Position numbers and translations under genes: made by a program. Below the pieces are notes generated by a model. The model made no database searches and was not told the DNA's origin. It saw only the letters and a list, made by a program, of their open reading frames with translations. This document shows, piece by piece, positions 15,417 through 25,201 of a DNA stretch of 32,000 nt. Source of the DNA: Candidatus Saccharimonadota bacterium. GTDB lineage: Bacteria; Patescibacteriota; Microgenomatia; UBA1406; GWC2-37-13. Position 1 is the first letter of the stretch. Every line of letters starts with the position of its first letter. The stretch lies in NCBI GenBank assembly GCA_016699265.1, contig CP064967.1:630001-662000 (forward strand). The letters run 5' to 3'.

Positions 15417-17108
15417 ATGCTACAAACTGAAATAGAGCTTCTCATTATCGCTGCATTGAAATCTCTCAACCTTCAAGATGCATCTCCTGCACTAGCTCAC
15501 ATAGCAGATCAAAAGCTTGGAGACTACACAACCAGCATCGCACTCAAGCTAGCGCCCAAACTTAAAGCTACTCCAATGGAACTCGCACAGAAGATCGCCA
15601 ACTCAATTCCAAAATCCGAACTCGTCGATAGGGTAGAGGTTCTAAAACCTGGTTTTATTAATATTCATGTATCCCCGCTTCAATTATTTAAACAATTAAA
15701 GGAGTTCTCCTCCAGAAACTTCAATTTATCTTCCTTGTTTTCTAAAAAAAATAAAACAGTAATAGTTGAGTACTCCTCACCTAATATCGCTAAGCCCTTC
15801 ACCATCGGACATTTACGATCCACGATTATTGGCGACGCGATTGCAAACATGCTCCAAGCAACAGGCTATGACGTAAAACGAGATAACCACGTTGGCGACT
15901 GGGGAACTCAGTTTGGGAAACTTATTTATGCAATTCAAGAGTGGGGGAGTCTCGAAGAAATTGAAAGATCTCCCCGACCAGTAAAAGTTTTAGTGGATCT
16001 CTATGTTAAGTTCCACGAAGAGGCAGACAAAGACAAAGACCTGGAAGAACGCGCAAGAAAGAAATTTAAATTATTAGAAAACGGTGATGATCAAATTCGA
16101 GCTCTTTGGAATAACTGCATCGAATGGTCATGGAAGGAATTTGATTTTATATATAAAAAGCTAGGAATTGTTTTTACAGAAAATGAAGGCCGCGGATATG
16201 GCGAATCGTTCTTCGACAAAGACCTGATGGCAGTAGTTGACGAACTCAGCAAGAAAAAAATACTTCATAAAAGCGAAGGTGCTGAGATTGTTGAGTTTAC
16301 GGATGAAAAATATCCCCCACTTATGATCACTAAGAGTGACGGCGCATCCTTGTACTCAACTCGAGATCTTGCGACAGATAAATTTAGACTAAAAAAGTAC
16401 GGCAAGGATATAGTGATTATCAATGAAGTTGGAGCCGAACAGACACTCTACTTTAGACAGCTGTATGAGGTTGAAAGAATGCTTGGATGGTTTACGACTG
16501 GTCAGCGCATCCATGTTGGACACGGTCTCTACAGGTTTAAGGACCAAAAAATGTCTACGAGAAAAGGGAATACTATTTGGTTAGAGGACGTGATATCTGA
16601 GGCAGAGGTCCGAGCTTCCAAAATGGGAAATAATCCTTCTGTTTCTACAAGCATTGCTATCGCTTCACTAAAATGGAATGATCTGAAGCATTCACCACAA
16701 CAAGATGTGATTTTTGACTGGGATCAAATTCTCAATATGCAGGGAAACTCAGGACCATATATGCTCTACACTATCGTGAGAGCTATCAGCATTCTTGGCA
16801 AAGCAGGGGAGTCTGATTTAGAAAATGGGGGAGAGACTCCCCTTTCCGGAGATGAACTCAACCTCGCAAGATTTCTATCTAAGTTCCCTGAAGTGGCACA
16901 ACAAGCTACCACACAGTATCTTCCATCCACTCTAGCCACTTACCTATTTCAACTCGCTCAGCAATACAACGTTTTTTATCAAACCTCCCCTATCTTAAAA
17001 TCTGATGAAAAAACGAAAGAGCTGCGTTTGATGATTACAGCTGCAACTGCAAACGTCTTAAAATCAGGCCTCAAATTACTCGGCATCCAAACAGTCGACA
17101 AAATGTAA
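15417..17108 (+). CDS. argS: Arginyl-tRNA synthetase
   Basis: SPNIAKPFTIGHLRST (HIGH-type region), MSTRKG (KMSKS-equivalent), a DALR-type C-terminus, and a length of 563 aa. Confidence 0.93.
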   Translation: MLQTEIELLIIAALKSLNLQDASPALAHIADQKLGDYTTSIALKLAPKLKATPMELAQKIANSIPKSELVDRVEVLKPGFINIHVSPLQLFKQLKEFSSRNFNLSSLFSKKNKTVIVEYSSPNIAKPFTIGHLRSTIIGDAIANMLQATGYDVKRDNHVGDWGTQFGKLIYAIQEWGSLEEIERSPRPVKVLVDLYVKFHEEADKDKDLEERARKKFKLLENGDDQIRALWNNCIEWSWKEFDFIYKKLGIVFTENEGRGYGESFFDKDLMAVVDELSKKKILHKSEGAEIVEFTDEKYPPLMITKSDGASLYSTRDLATDKFRLKKYGKDIVIINEVGAEQTLYFRQLYEVERMLGWFTTGQRIHVGHGLYRFKDQKMSTRKGNTIWLEDVISEAEVRASKMGNNPSVSTSIAIASLKWNDLKHSPQQDVIFDWDQILNMQGNSGPYMLYTIVRAISILGKAGESDLENGGETPLSGDELNLARFLSKFPEVAQQATTQYLPSTLATYLFQLAQQYNVFYQTSPILKSDEKTKELRLMITAATANVLKSGLKLLGIQTVDKM

Positions 17109-17110
17109 AC

Positions 17111-18291
17111 ATGAATATTAAGAATTTTGAGGTAATGAGATGGCATAGTTTTTTCGACGGTTTCATACTACATGCACCAATAGCAGTTATATATTTTGCT
17201 AAAGTTTCTGGTTCTTTTGCGCTTGGAATGAGCGTTTTCTCAATAGGAATGGTTTCTTCTGCACTTTTAGAGATACCTACGGGAATTTTCTCGGACAAAA
17301 TAGGTAGGAAGAAAACAATCCTGCTTGGTAGTATTTCTAGTGTTGTCTTTATCTTCATTTATGCAATGGCTACCTCTTACCAAATGCTTTTAATGGGAGC
17401 TGTTATCGCGGGTTTTTCACGTAGCTTGTTCAGTGGTAATAACGAGGCACTGTTGCACGACTCACTTAAAGAAAATGGGATTGAAAAAGAATTTTCTCAC
17501 TACTATGGCAAGGTTAGCGCAATGGAACAATCCGCTCTTGGAATTGCAGCAGTCATTGGTGGAATAATAGCCTCTTGGTCTCTGAGATCAGTATTCTGGT
17601 TTTCACTAATCCCTCAAATAATCTGTGTATTTCTAAGCTTTCAACTAACAGAACCCAAAGTGCATTCAAAAGAATCAGGTAATATCTATCTCCACCTTAA
17701 AGAAGCGCTAAAAGGATTTGCGACTAACAAGAAACTTCGTCTTTAACACTCGCCAGCTCCACTACGTACGCTTTAACCGAAAGTTCATTTCAATTCAGAT
17801 CTGCTTTTTTCAATCGCTCTGGCCCAGTATGGGCTCTCGGATTCGTGCAGGCGATTTCAAACATTTGTGCAACTATCAGTTTTTGATTTTAGCGATCGGG
17901 TTTTGAAAAATTTGGCGATATTAAATCCTTAGTAGCAGGCAATGTTTATGGGCGTGTTTTAAATATTATTGGCACTCATTTCCTACGATACTTTCCCCAA
18001 TGGATCATGTCCCTAACATCAATAATTTATGGAGTGCTTACTGTGGCAAAGGAATCACTACTCCAGAAAGAGTATCAACAAGAACAGAGAGCAACGATGG
18101 GATCTCTAAATTCTTTTGCAGGTAGTTTTTATTCCAGGGTAGTTGCCTTCTGTCTTGGACTCATTGCTGATGCTCTAAATCCGGCAAAGGCGTTGTTAAT
18201 AATGCAATTTTTTACAGCAGCTACAATAGTTTTTTATCTTTTGATTGCTCGGCATGATAAACTATCAAAGAAAATTTCTTTAAATAACTAA
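17111..18291 (+). pseudogene. MFS transporter interrupted by three homopolymer-length frameshifts
   Basis: ORFs 17111..17746, 17718..17906 and 18007..18291 are consecutive pieces of one 12-TM-like protein. Phase changes occur at T3 17742-17744, T5 17880-17884 and A5 17906-17910. Repairing each by 1 nt gives a continuous ...KKLRLLTLASS... ...ATISFDFSDRVLKKFGDIKSLVAG... sequence. Confidence 0.75.
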
Positions 18292-19583
18292 TGTCATTTT
18301 TTTATCTGTACAAGCTGTGGTTATGGATCGGGATCTTGGATTGGAAAATGCCCAGACTGTAATGAATGGAACACACTGAAAGAACATAAAGATGACGAGA
18401 AACAGGATAAAAAGAATCTCCAAGAATTTACGAGTACAAAGTTTAGCGATATTGAGATTAGCGATAAACAACGAAAAAAAACGGGAATCTTCGAGTTCGA
18501 CCGAGTTCTTGGTGGCGGAGTTGTCCCTGGTGAGGTAATCATGCTTACAGGTGAGCCTGGTATTGGAAAGTCTACCCTACTGCTTCAAGCGCTTCAAAAC
18601 TTGCAACGGTGTATGTTTCGGGTGAAGAATCCGGCGAACAGGTCAAGGATCGCGCTCTGCGGCTTAGGATACCACTATCTAAGCTTCAGTTCTCAGATGT
18701 TCTTCAGATTGAGTCGGTCATTAAAGGTGTACAAAATATCTCAAAAACCTCTCTGGTCGAGCTTCTTGTTATTGATTCTGTTCAGACCGTTTACTCAAGA
18801 GAGATACCGGCAACAGCAGGTAGCATAACTCAACTCAAGGAAACAACCCAAAAGCTTGTACAGTTTGCAAAAATCTAATATCCCTGTCATTATTATTGGA
18901 CACGTGACTAAAGATGGAGATATTGCAGGACCGAAAATGTTAGAGCATCTTGTGGACTGCGTTCTATTGTTTGAAGGAGAAAAGGTTTCTCATCACAGAG
19001 TACTCAGATCATTAAAGAATCGTTTTGGTTCTACCGATGAAATCGGTATTTTTGAGATGGACGAAAAAGGTCTCAAAGAAATAGACAACCCCTCGCCTTT
19101 CTAGAAAATCAACAAACAGAAATGGTGCTGGGTAAGGCAATCGTGGGTGTGGCGGAGGGTAAGAGACCTTTATTTTTTGAGATTCAGACATTAACTGTTC
19201 CGACCACCCTAAACTTCCCGAGAAGAATCGTAAATGGCGTTGACTATAACAAAGCACTCTTACTCCTTGCAGTCATACGAAAGCATCTGAACATTTCCCT
19301 CGACAGCCTAGACGTGTATATTAATGTCGTAGGAGGCGTACAGGTTAAGTCACCTGCAGTAGATTTAGGAATTGTTGCCGCGCTACTCTCTTCCCTTTCT
19401 AACCAAGCTGTTCCTAAAAAAACGGTGTTCTTTGGCGAGGTAGGACTATTGGGTGAGGTTCGTACCGTCTCATTTCAGGACAAGATAGGTCAGGAAGCCA
19501 CCAGACTAAAGTTTAGTACTATTATTTCTTCCAAAAATCTCAAAAACATTAAGGATCTAAAACGTATTCTTTTTCCACGATAG
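18291..19583 (+). pseudogene. radA: DNA repair protein RadA/Sms interrupted by four 1-nt frameshifts
   Basis: All RadA modules are present but lie in different frames: zinc finger CTSCGYGSGSWIGKCPDC, Walker A GEPGIGKST, YVSGEES, KNRFG, and a Lon-like C-terminus. Phase changes occur at T7 18297-18303, A4 18596-18599, A5 18869-18873 and cc/ttt 19096-19100. Confidence 0.85.
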
Positions 19584-20175
19584 TATTTTTTCCGTTCGCA
19601 CCTTGTATCCTAATTATTAGAGTATTTTTTCCTTTTTTTAATGGATAGTCATACTTAAAAACTCCAGATTCATCCTGATAGACGCGTGTTCCAAACATAG
19701 TAATTACCGCTTCTTTCTCTGTCTTTCCAACGACCGTTACCTTATCTACTCTTCTAAACACGGTCTCAACTGGCTCATAAATTCGCAGTGTTGGTGGCAT
19801 AACAAATCTATATATTTGATATCCAAAATAGCTGAAGAACAAAATTGCCACAATTGTTATACCTATAACGGTTGATCTCCTTCGTTCAGATAAGAGCAGT
19901 TTACGAGAAAGTTTTCCCTTAAAGTTGGGATCCTCCTCCCTCTTCTCATATTCTCTTCTAAAAAAAGCAAGAGCCCTATTCGAATCAATCTCAAGAAATG
20001 TGGCGTAGTTTTTTATAATACCACTAATATATACATTGGACGTGAATTGCGACCAATCGTTTCTTTCAACTGCAGCTAAAAACTTGGATCGCACTCGAAT
20101 CTTTTTCTCGATATCTTGAAGTGATAAACCTTTTTTATCTCGAGCGGTTTTAAGTATTTCACCAACAGTTAACAT
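19549..20175 (-). CDS. RodZ-like protein (N-terminal HTH, TM segment, C-terminal beta domain)
   Basis: HTH region VGEILKTARDKKGLSLQDIEKKIRVRSKFLAAVE and TM segment VIGITIVAILFFSYFGYQIY. Its 3' end overlaps the radA 3' end by 35 nt (convergent). Confidence 0.65.
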   Translation of the reverse strand: MLTVGEILKTARDKKGLSLQDIEKKIRVRSKFLAAVERNDWSQFTSNVYISGIIKNYATFLEIDSNRALAFFRREYEKREEDPNFKGKLSRKLLLSERRRSTVIGITIVAILFFSYFGYQIYRFVMPPTLRIYEPVETVFRRVDKVTVVGKTEKEAVITMFGTRVYQDESGVFKYDYPLKKGKNTLIIRIQGANGKNTIVEKEYVLDP

Positions 20176-20268
20176 AATAAAAGTTCTTATTTGTCATTTC
20201 TTAATTCTTAATCAATAATGCTTGTAATTGAACTTAAGTACTAACCGTAATTCTTAATGTATTTTAGT

Positions 20269-20296
20269 ACTAAGAACTAAAAACTAAGAACTAAAG
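20269..20296. repeat. Four tandem heptamers ACTAAGA ACTAAAA ACTAAGA ACTAAAG
   Basis: Read directly. The 13-mer ACTAAGAACTAAA also occurs at 5710-5722. Inverted TTCTTAA units lie at about 20198-20211 and 20250-20256. Confidence 0.8.
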
Positions 20297-20860
20297 TTAT
20301 TGCTTAACCCTTTCGACGTAGAGGCCCGTTTCTGCGCTTACAGACACCACATCTCCTTTCTTGACAAATAGGGGAACCATTACTGTCAATCCTGTTTCAA
20401 GTGTTGCCAATTTCTTTGCACCGGAGACCGTGTCTCCTTTAACAGCATCCTCCGTACTCACAACTTCAAGATGCACATTTGCTGGCGGACGAACAGAAAG
20501 AGGATCCTCGCCGTGCATCACCACGAAATACTTATTTCCTTCTTTTAGGTAATTTGCAAAATCGACTGTCTCAGTTGGTACTGCTATTTGTTGATAAGTT
20601 CTTTCGTTCATAAAATACAACGACTCAGTATCTTTGTAGAGATACTGCATCTCAATCGTGTCTACGTCAGCGGTCTCAAGCGAGAATGTGGTTTTGAAGT
20701 TAAGTTCCAATGTCTTTGTATTCGTAACACTTTTCATTCGAATGCGAATATTAGCCTGACCTCGTCCTTGATAATTGAATTCTGTCTTAAGTACCTGCCA
20801 GATATCTCCTTGCTGATTTAAGAAATCCCCTTTTTTTACACTCCCCGCTTCAATCTTCAT
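20297..20860 (-). CDS. efp: Translation elongation factor P (Arg at the loop-tip modification position)
   Basis: Three-domain EF-P length (187 aa). EFNYQGRGQANIRIRMK aligns with E. coli EFVKPGKGQAFARVKLR. Confidence 0.9.
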   Translation of the reverse strand: MKIEAGSVKKGDFLNQQGDIWQVLKTEFNYQGRGQANIRIRMKSVTNTKTLELNFKTTFSLETADVDTIEMQYLYKDTESLYFMNERTYQQIAVPTETVDFANYLKEGNKYFVVMHGEDPLSVRPPANVHLEVVSTEDAVKGDTVSGAKKLATLETGLTVMVPLFVKKGDVVSVSAETGLYVERVKQ

Positions 20861-20948
20861 ATTTATTTAGTAATTTTTATTTTTGTAATTTGTATTAAAT
20901 TTCTATTTTTTAAATAATTAATAAAAATTAAAAATTATTAATTAAGAA

Positions 20949-21812
20949 TTAATCAAGTTCTCGTTGTAATTCTTCTAATATTTTCTTTGCCTTACCCGAA
21001 ATTTTATCCGGAACCTTGATTTTCATTATCACGTATAGATTTCCTTTTTGTGTGCTGTTTGGGTATTGAACTCCTTCTCCTTTCAATCTTACTAAAGTGC
21101 CTGAGATTGTTCCTTTTCGAACTTTAAGAGTTACTTTACCATCAAGCGTTTCAACCTCGACCGTTCCTCCAAGAACTGCCGTAGGATAGGATAGATTTTT
21201 TTCGGTGTAAAGATCTTGACCTTCTCTTCTGAAGACAGCATCTGGCATAACCGCTACCAGTAAATCAAATTCATTAAATCTAATCCTATTCCCGTCGTTT
21301 ACACCTGCTGGAACTTTAACACTTCTTCTTTTACCATCAATAGACACTTCTTTCTCTATTCCATGAACAGCTTCCCGGAAGGTCAGCTTAATGCTATAGA
21401 CCGGACGCCTTGCTCTTCTTTGTCCTCCACCAAAACCAAAAAATTGTTCAAAAATTTCGAAAGGATCCGATCCACCAAACTGTGAAGGATCGAATCCTCC
21501 AAATGGATTTCCACCGGTCGAACTGTACGAGTAGCTGAATGGACCTTGTTGATAACCTTGTCCTCCCGCTTGATTTGCAGCAGAACCGAATCCTCCTCGT
21601 TCAAAACCCTCATGACCTACTTGATCGTAGGTAGACTTTTTTTTTGGATCTGACAAAACCTCATAAGCCTTGTTTATTTCCTTAAATTTGTCAGTTGCAC
21701 CGGTAGCCTTATTACGGTCAGGATGCCACTTAAGAGCTAGCTTGCGGTAAGCTGATTTAATTTCGGCCGCTGAGGCTGATTTACCTACACCCAGTACGCT
21801 ATAAAAATCCAT
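20949..21812 (-). CDS. dnaJ: DnaJ-family co-chaperone, class B/CbpA-like (J domain, G/F-rich region and C-terminal domains, no CxxCxGxG zinc finger)
   Basis: DFYSVLGV...HPDRNK J domain and a G/F-rich linker. The 287-aa protein contains no cysteine at all. Confidence 0.85.
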   Translation of the reverse strand: MDFYSVLGVGKSASAAEIKSAYRKLALKWHPDRNKATGATDKFKEINKAYEVLSDPKKKSTYDQVGHEGFERGGFGSAANQAGGQGYQQGPFSYSYSSTGGNPFGGFDPSQFGGSDPFEIFEQFFGFGGGQRRARRPVYSIKLTFREAVHGIEKEVSIDGKRRSVKVPAGVNDGNRIRFNEFDLLVAVMPDAVFRREGQDLYTEKNLSYPTAVLGGTVEVETLDGKVTLKVRKGTISGTLVRLKGEGVQYPNSTQKGNLYVIMKIKVPDKISGKAKKILEELQRELD

Positions 21813-21823
21813 ATGTTATTTTT

Positions 21824-21858
21824 CAAAAATAAATAACGTCCCGACCTACGTCGGGACG
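21824..21858 (-). terminator. Rho-independent terminator downstream of dnaK
   Basis: A perfect 9-bp GC-rich stem (cgtcccgac / gtcgggacg, 21837-21845 and 21850-21858) with a 4-nt loop, followed on the minus strand by TTATTTATTTTTG. Confidence 0.8.
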
Positions 21859-21891
21859 CGATTTGTAATAAAGGTCGAAATTACTTAATTA

Positions 21892-23796
21892 TCAGTTGAC
21901 CACTTCGCCTTCTTCAGCCTTCTTCTCATCGGCTTTTACGGACTCGTCGGTCGCATGATCGTCGAGTTTTTCCTCGCCATCCTGCTTAGCCTCTTCGGTC
22001 TGAGCTTGGCTATAGGCCTGCTGTCCAATCTTCATCATGGACTCATTCAGGTTCTTACTTTTCTCCTCAATCTCTTGAGAATCTCCCTTTTCTAGAACCT
22101 CTTTGAGTTCTTTAACTTTGGACTCTACCTCATCCTTCACATCCTGAGGTAGTTTATCGCCTGCGTCCTTTACCGATTTCTCGGCTACATAGACAAGGTT
22201 TTCTCCCTTGTTCTTCGATTCGATACGGTCCTTCTCTTTCTGATCTTCCTCAGCGTGTGCCTCTGCATCGGTTTTCATCTTCTCAACTTCGTCTTTGGTA
22301 AGACCGGTTGATCCGGTTATCTTAATGCTCTGGGTTTTTCCGGAAGCTTTATCCTTTGCAGTGACATGCAAAATTCCATTCGCATCGATGTCGAAGGTTA
22401 CCTCAATCTGAGGCACTCCTCGTGGTGCTGGTGGAATTCCGTCAAGTGCAAATCTGCCAAGTGACTTGTTGTCCTTTGCAAGAGGCCTCTCACCCTGCAA
22501 GATATGAATCTCAACCTGCGTCTGATTATCGGCAGCAGTTGAAAACACCTCTGATTTTGAGGATGGAATAGTGGTGTTTCTGGTAATTAATGGGGTCGTT
22601 ACTCCACCCAAGGTCTCAAGACCCAAGGTTAGCGGAGTTACGTCTAGAAGAACAACATCTTTGGTCTCGCCAGTTAGTACCCCTGCCTGAATTGCTGCTC
22701 CAACGGCAACGACTTCATCAGGATTTACCGACTTGTTTGGCTCTTTTCCAAAGAACTCCTTTACCTGTTCGGTAATCTTTGGCATACGAGTCATTCCTCC
22801 AACCATTACCACCTCATTGACCGACTTCACATCTATCTTTGCATCCTTAAGAGCAGCTTTTACTGGTCCTAAAGTCTTAGCGATTAACCCTTCTACGAGC
22901 GACTCAAGTTTAGCTCTCGTCAACTTCATTACAAGGTGTAATGGTTGTCCATCTTTCACGGTTACGAATGGCAAATTGATCTCTGCCTCTAGCGATGAGG
23001 AGAGTTCAATCTTAGCCTTTTCCGCTGCGTCACGTAGTCTTTGAAGAGCTTGTGGATCTTTTCTCAGATCGATTCCATTCTCTTTGTTAAACTCGTCTGC
23101 AAGATGATTTAAGATTACCTGATCAAAATCATCTCCACCAAGATGCGTATCGCCATTGGTAGCTTTTACCTCGAAGACTCCGTCCCCTAACTCGAGGATA
23201 GTGATATCAAAGGTTCCTCCACCTAAGTCGTATACCGCAATTGTTTGAGCTTGTTTCTTATCGAGCCCGTATGCAAGAGCTGCTGCAGTTGGCTCGTTGA
23301 TAATTCTCACGACCTCAAGTCCTGCAACTTCTCCAGCCTGCTTCGTTGCCTGTCTTTGTGCATCATCAAAGTAAGCTGGCACCGTAATAACTGCTTTTTC
23401 AACTTTTTCACCAAGATATGCCTCTGCATCCTCTTTGATCTTTTTCAAGGTCATGGCAGAAATTTCCTGTGGAGTAAATGTTTTCCCGTTAACTTCGATC
23501 ACAGCCATACCATCTCGTCCAGACTTGATTGCATAAGGCAACCATTTAAGATCTCGACTTACGGATTCATCAGTGAAACGATGACCCATCAATCTTTTGA
23601 CGGAAAAGATGGTGTTCTTTGGATTGATAACGATCTGGCGCTTAGCCACATCTCCAACCACTCTCTTGATCGGATCAACAACCGATGGAACGGTGTTTCT
23701 TCCTTCCTTAGAATGAATAACCTTTGGCTTGCCGCCTTCCATAACAGCGACACATGAGTTTGTTGTACCGAGATCGATACCTAGTATTTTAGACAT
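21892..23796 (-). CDS. dnaK: Molecular chaperone DnaK (Hsp70)
   Basis: [33 protein letters not shown], and a length of 634 aa. Confidence 0.97.
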   Translation of the reverse strand: MSKILGIDLGTTNSCVAVMEGGKPKVIHSKEGRNTVPSVVDPIKRVVGDVAKRQIVINPKNTIFSVKRLMGHRFTDESVSRDLKWLPYAIKSGRDGMAVIEVNGKTFTPQEISAMTLKKIKEDAEAYLGEKVEKAVITVPAYFDDAQRQATKQAGEVAGLEVVRIINEPTAAALAYGLDKKQAQTIAVYDLGGGTFDITILELGDGVFEVKATNGDTHLGGDDFDQVILNHLADEFNKENGIDLRKDPQALQRLRDAAEKAKIELSSSLEAEINLPFVTVKDGQPLHLVMKLTRAKLESLVEGLIAKTLGPVKAALKDAKIDVKSVNEVVMVGGMTRMPKITEQVKEFFGKEPNKSVNPDEVVAVGAAIQAGVLTGETKDVVLLDVTPLTLGLETLGGVTTPLITRNTTIPSSKSEVFSTAADNQTQVEIHILQGERPLAKDNKSLGRFALDGIPPAPRGVPQIEVTFDIDANGILHVTAKDKASGKTQSIKITGSTGLTKDEVEKMKTDAEAHAEEDQKEKDRIESKNKGENLVYVAEKSVKDAGDKLPQDVKDEVESKVKELKEVLEKGDSQEIEEKSKNLNESMMKIGQQAYSQAQTEEAKQDGEEKLDDHATDESVKADEKKAEEGEVVN

Positions 23797-23817
23797 AATA
23801 TTTTAATAAATTTATAA

Positions 23818-23869
23818 AATTTCTAAGTGCTCTGATTGCACTAATTTCTAACGAACTTCCAATTTCTAA
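23818..23869. repeat. Three copies of AATTTCTAA (23818, 23843, 23861) around a short hairpin (agtgc-N7-gcact, 23826-23842) in the grpE-dnaK spacer
   Basis: Read directly. The minus sense is TTAGAAATT. Confidence 0.7.
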
Positions 23870-23917
23870 TATGTTGTGTCATTGTTGTTTATTTAGATTA
23901 ATTAAAAATTTGGTTAA

Positions 23918-24414
23918 TTAGGTTAATTTTTTACTCACCTTGACCTGTGCGGGTCTTACAATCTGACCATTGAATTTGTACCCATTTCGCATTACCTCAA
24001 CAACTATATTGTCCTCTCTCCCTCAACGAGATCGATTGCTTCCGCTACATGAATATCATACTCTTTATTTAGCACATCGATTTTTTTTAATCCTTCTTTT
24101 TCAAGAAGTTCAAGAAACGACGTTTTTACTATTTCAAGACCTTTATCTTTTACAAATACCTCTGCCTGCTCCAAATTATCTAAAAACGGAAGTATTCGTA
24201 AAATAAAGTTCTGGACTGCACGCCTTCCAAGTTCTTGTCGCTCATCTGCTACCCTTTTTTCCAAATTGTGATAGTCGGCTAAAGCTCTTAGTAACTTATT
24301 TTTATATTCGTCACGTTCAACTTCCAGAACTGATTTGGCTTCTTCAACCTCACCTAATTCTGTATCGAGTTGATCCATAACGTCGTGTGCTTTTTGTTTC
24401 ATTTTTGGTTTCAT
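23918..24414 (-). pseudogene. grpE: Nucleotide exchange factor GrpE with a frameshift at a (CT)n tract (about 24013-24020) that separates the conserved C-terminal beta domain
   Basis: The main ORF 24004..24414 ends at ...AEAIDLVEGERTI*. The next frame continues DNIVVEVMRNGYKFNGQIVRPAQVKVSKKLT*, stopping at 23918. This matches the canonical GrpE end (.QKGY.L.GR.IR.A.V.V). Confidence 0.8.
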
Positions 24415-24416
24415 AA

Positions 24417-25154
24417 TTATCCTTTATCGTTAATAATGCTTTCGATTAAATGTGCAAAATATTTAACCTGTGGAGTGACCGATTCATAGTACATTCGTTT
24501 GGGTCCTAAAACTCCGATAAATCCCTTCATTTTCTCTGTATTAATATCGCCCAGAATACTCGCGCAGGTTTCATAAACCGGATCGCTAAAGTCATCCTCA
24601 CCTAACATGATATACACTTCATCCTGATCCGATTGAACCTTTGTTAAGATCTTTCCCCAGTACTGTAGTTCGTCTAACTTCTTAAATAACGCTCGAGAAA
24701 CATCTAGGTTGAAAAACTCTGGAATACTTAATAAATTTCCAACTCCCGCATAGTACACTTCACCGGTGCTTGTAACTGCGATTGAAAGTAATCCGGTTTT
24801 TTGTGCAAGAACCTTTGTAGCGTGGGATAACATTTTTTGGTCGTCAGCTCGCTCATCCCAAATTCCATTCTTATATGCTACTTCTTCTCCCGTGGAAAGA
24901 TCCTTTTCTTTCATTAAGTGCTTTATGTAAAACCGAAATCCCTTTGCAGAAGGTATTCTTCCTGAAGAGAAATAATCTTTTTTTATGTACCCTTTCTTAG
25001 CCAACTCAACCATCTCGCTTCTGATGGTAGCCGGAGACACGCCTAGTTTATACTTCTTCTCAAGAATTTCAGATCCCACAGCAAGTCCGCTTTCGGTATA
25101 CTCACGAATCAAGGCTCGAAGCACATCTGTTTGTCTGTTTGTTAGGTCATCCAT
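24417..25154 (-). CDS. hrcA: Heat-inducible transcriptional repressor HrcA (short form)
   Basis: LTNRQTDVLRALIREYTESGLAVGSEIL...SPATIRSEMVELAKKGYI winged-helix N-terminus. Start set at Met29 (25154), which has the SD AAGGA 7 nt upstream. The upstream part of the track ORF contains the promoter and CIRCE. Confidence 0.85.
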   Translation of the reverse strand: MDDLTNRQTDVLRALIREYTESGLAVGSEILEKKYKLGVSPATIRSEMVELAKKGYIKKDYFSSGRIPSAKGFRFYIKHLMKEKDLSTGEEVAYKNGIWDERADDQKMLSHATKVLAQKTGLLSIAVTSTGEVYYAGVGNLLSIPEFFNLDVSRALFKKLDELQYWGKILTKVQSDQDEVYIMLGEDDFSDPVYETCASILGDINTEKMKGFIGVLGPKRMYYESVTPQVKYFAHLIESIINDKG

Positions 25155-25201
25155 ATTTATATCCTTGGCTAAAAGGCTTGTCCAGAGCGTTAGCCGAAGG
25201 G

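Noticed and set aside
17718-19104. ORFs 17718..17906, 18541..18828, 18609..18878 and 18856..19104 as independent genes, and the minus-strand ORFs 18280..18471 and 18321..18542
   Set aside because: The plus-strand pieces are consecutive fragments of the MFS and radA genes in shifted frames. The minus-strand ones are shadows over the radA 5' region.
22590-23757. Long antisense ORFs (61, 103 and 170 aa) opposite dnaK
   Set aside because: Open antisense frames are a known codon-bias by-product in hsp70 genes. I saw no start-site signals or recognisable motifs.
23823-23844. Possible second CIRCE element upstream of dnaK (ctaagtgc-tctgatt-gcactaa)
   Set aside because: The arms read TTAGTGC/GCACTTA with a 7-nt spacer, not TTAGCAC-N9+6-GTGCTAA. 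The geometry and core bases do not fit CIRCE. It is reported only as a hairpin with flanking repeats.
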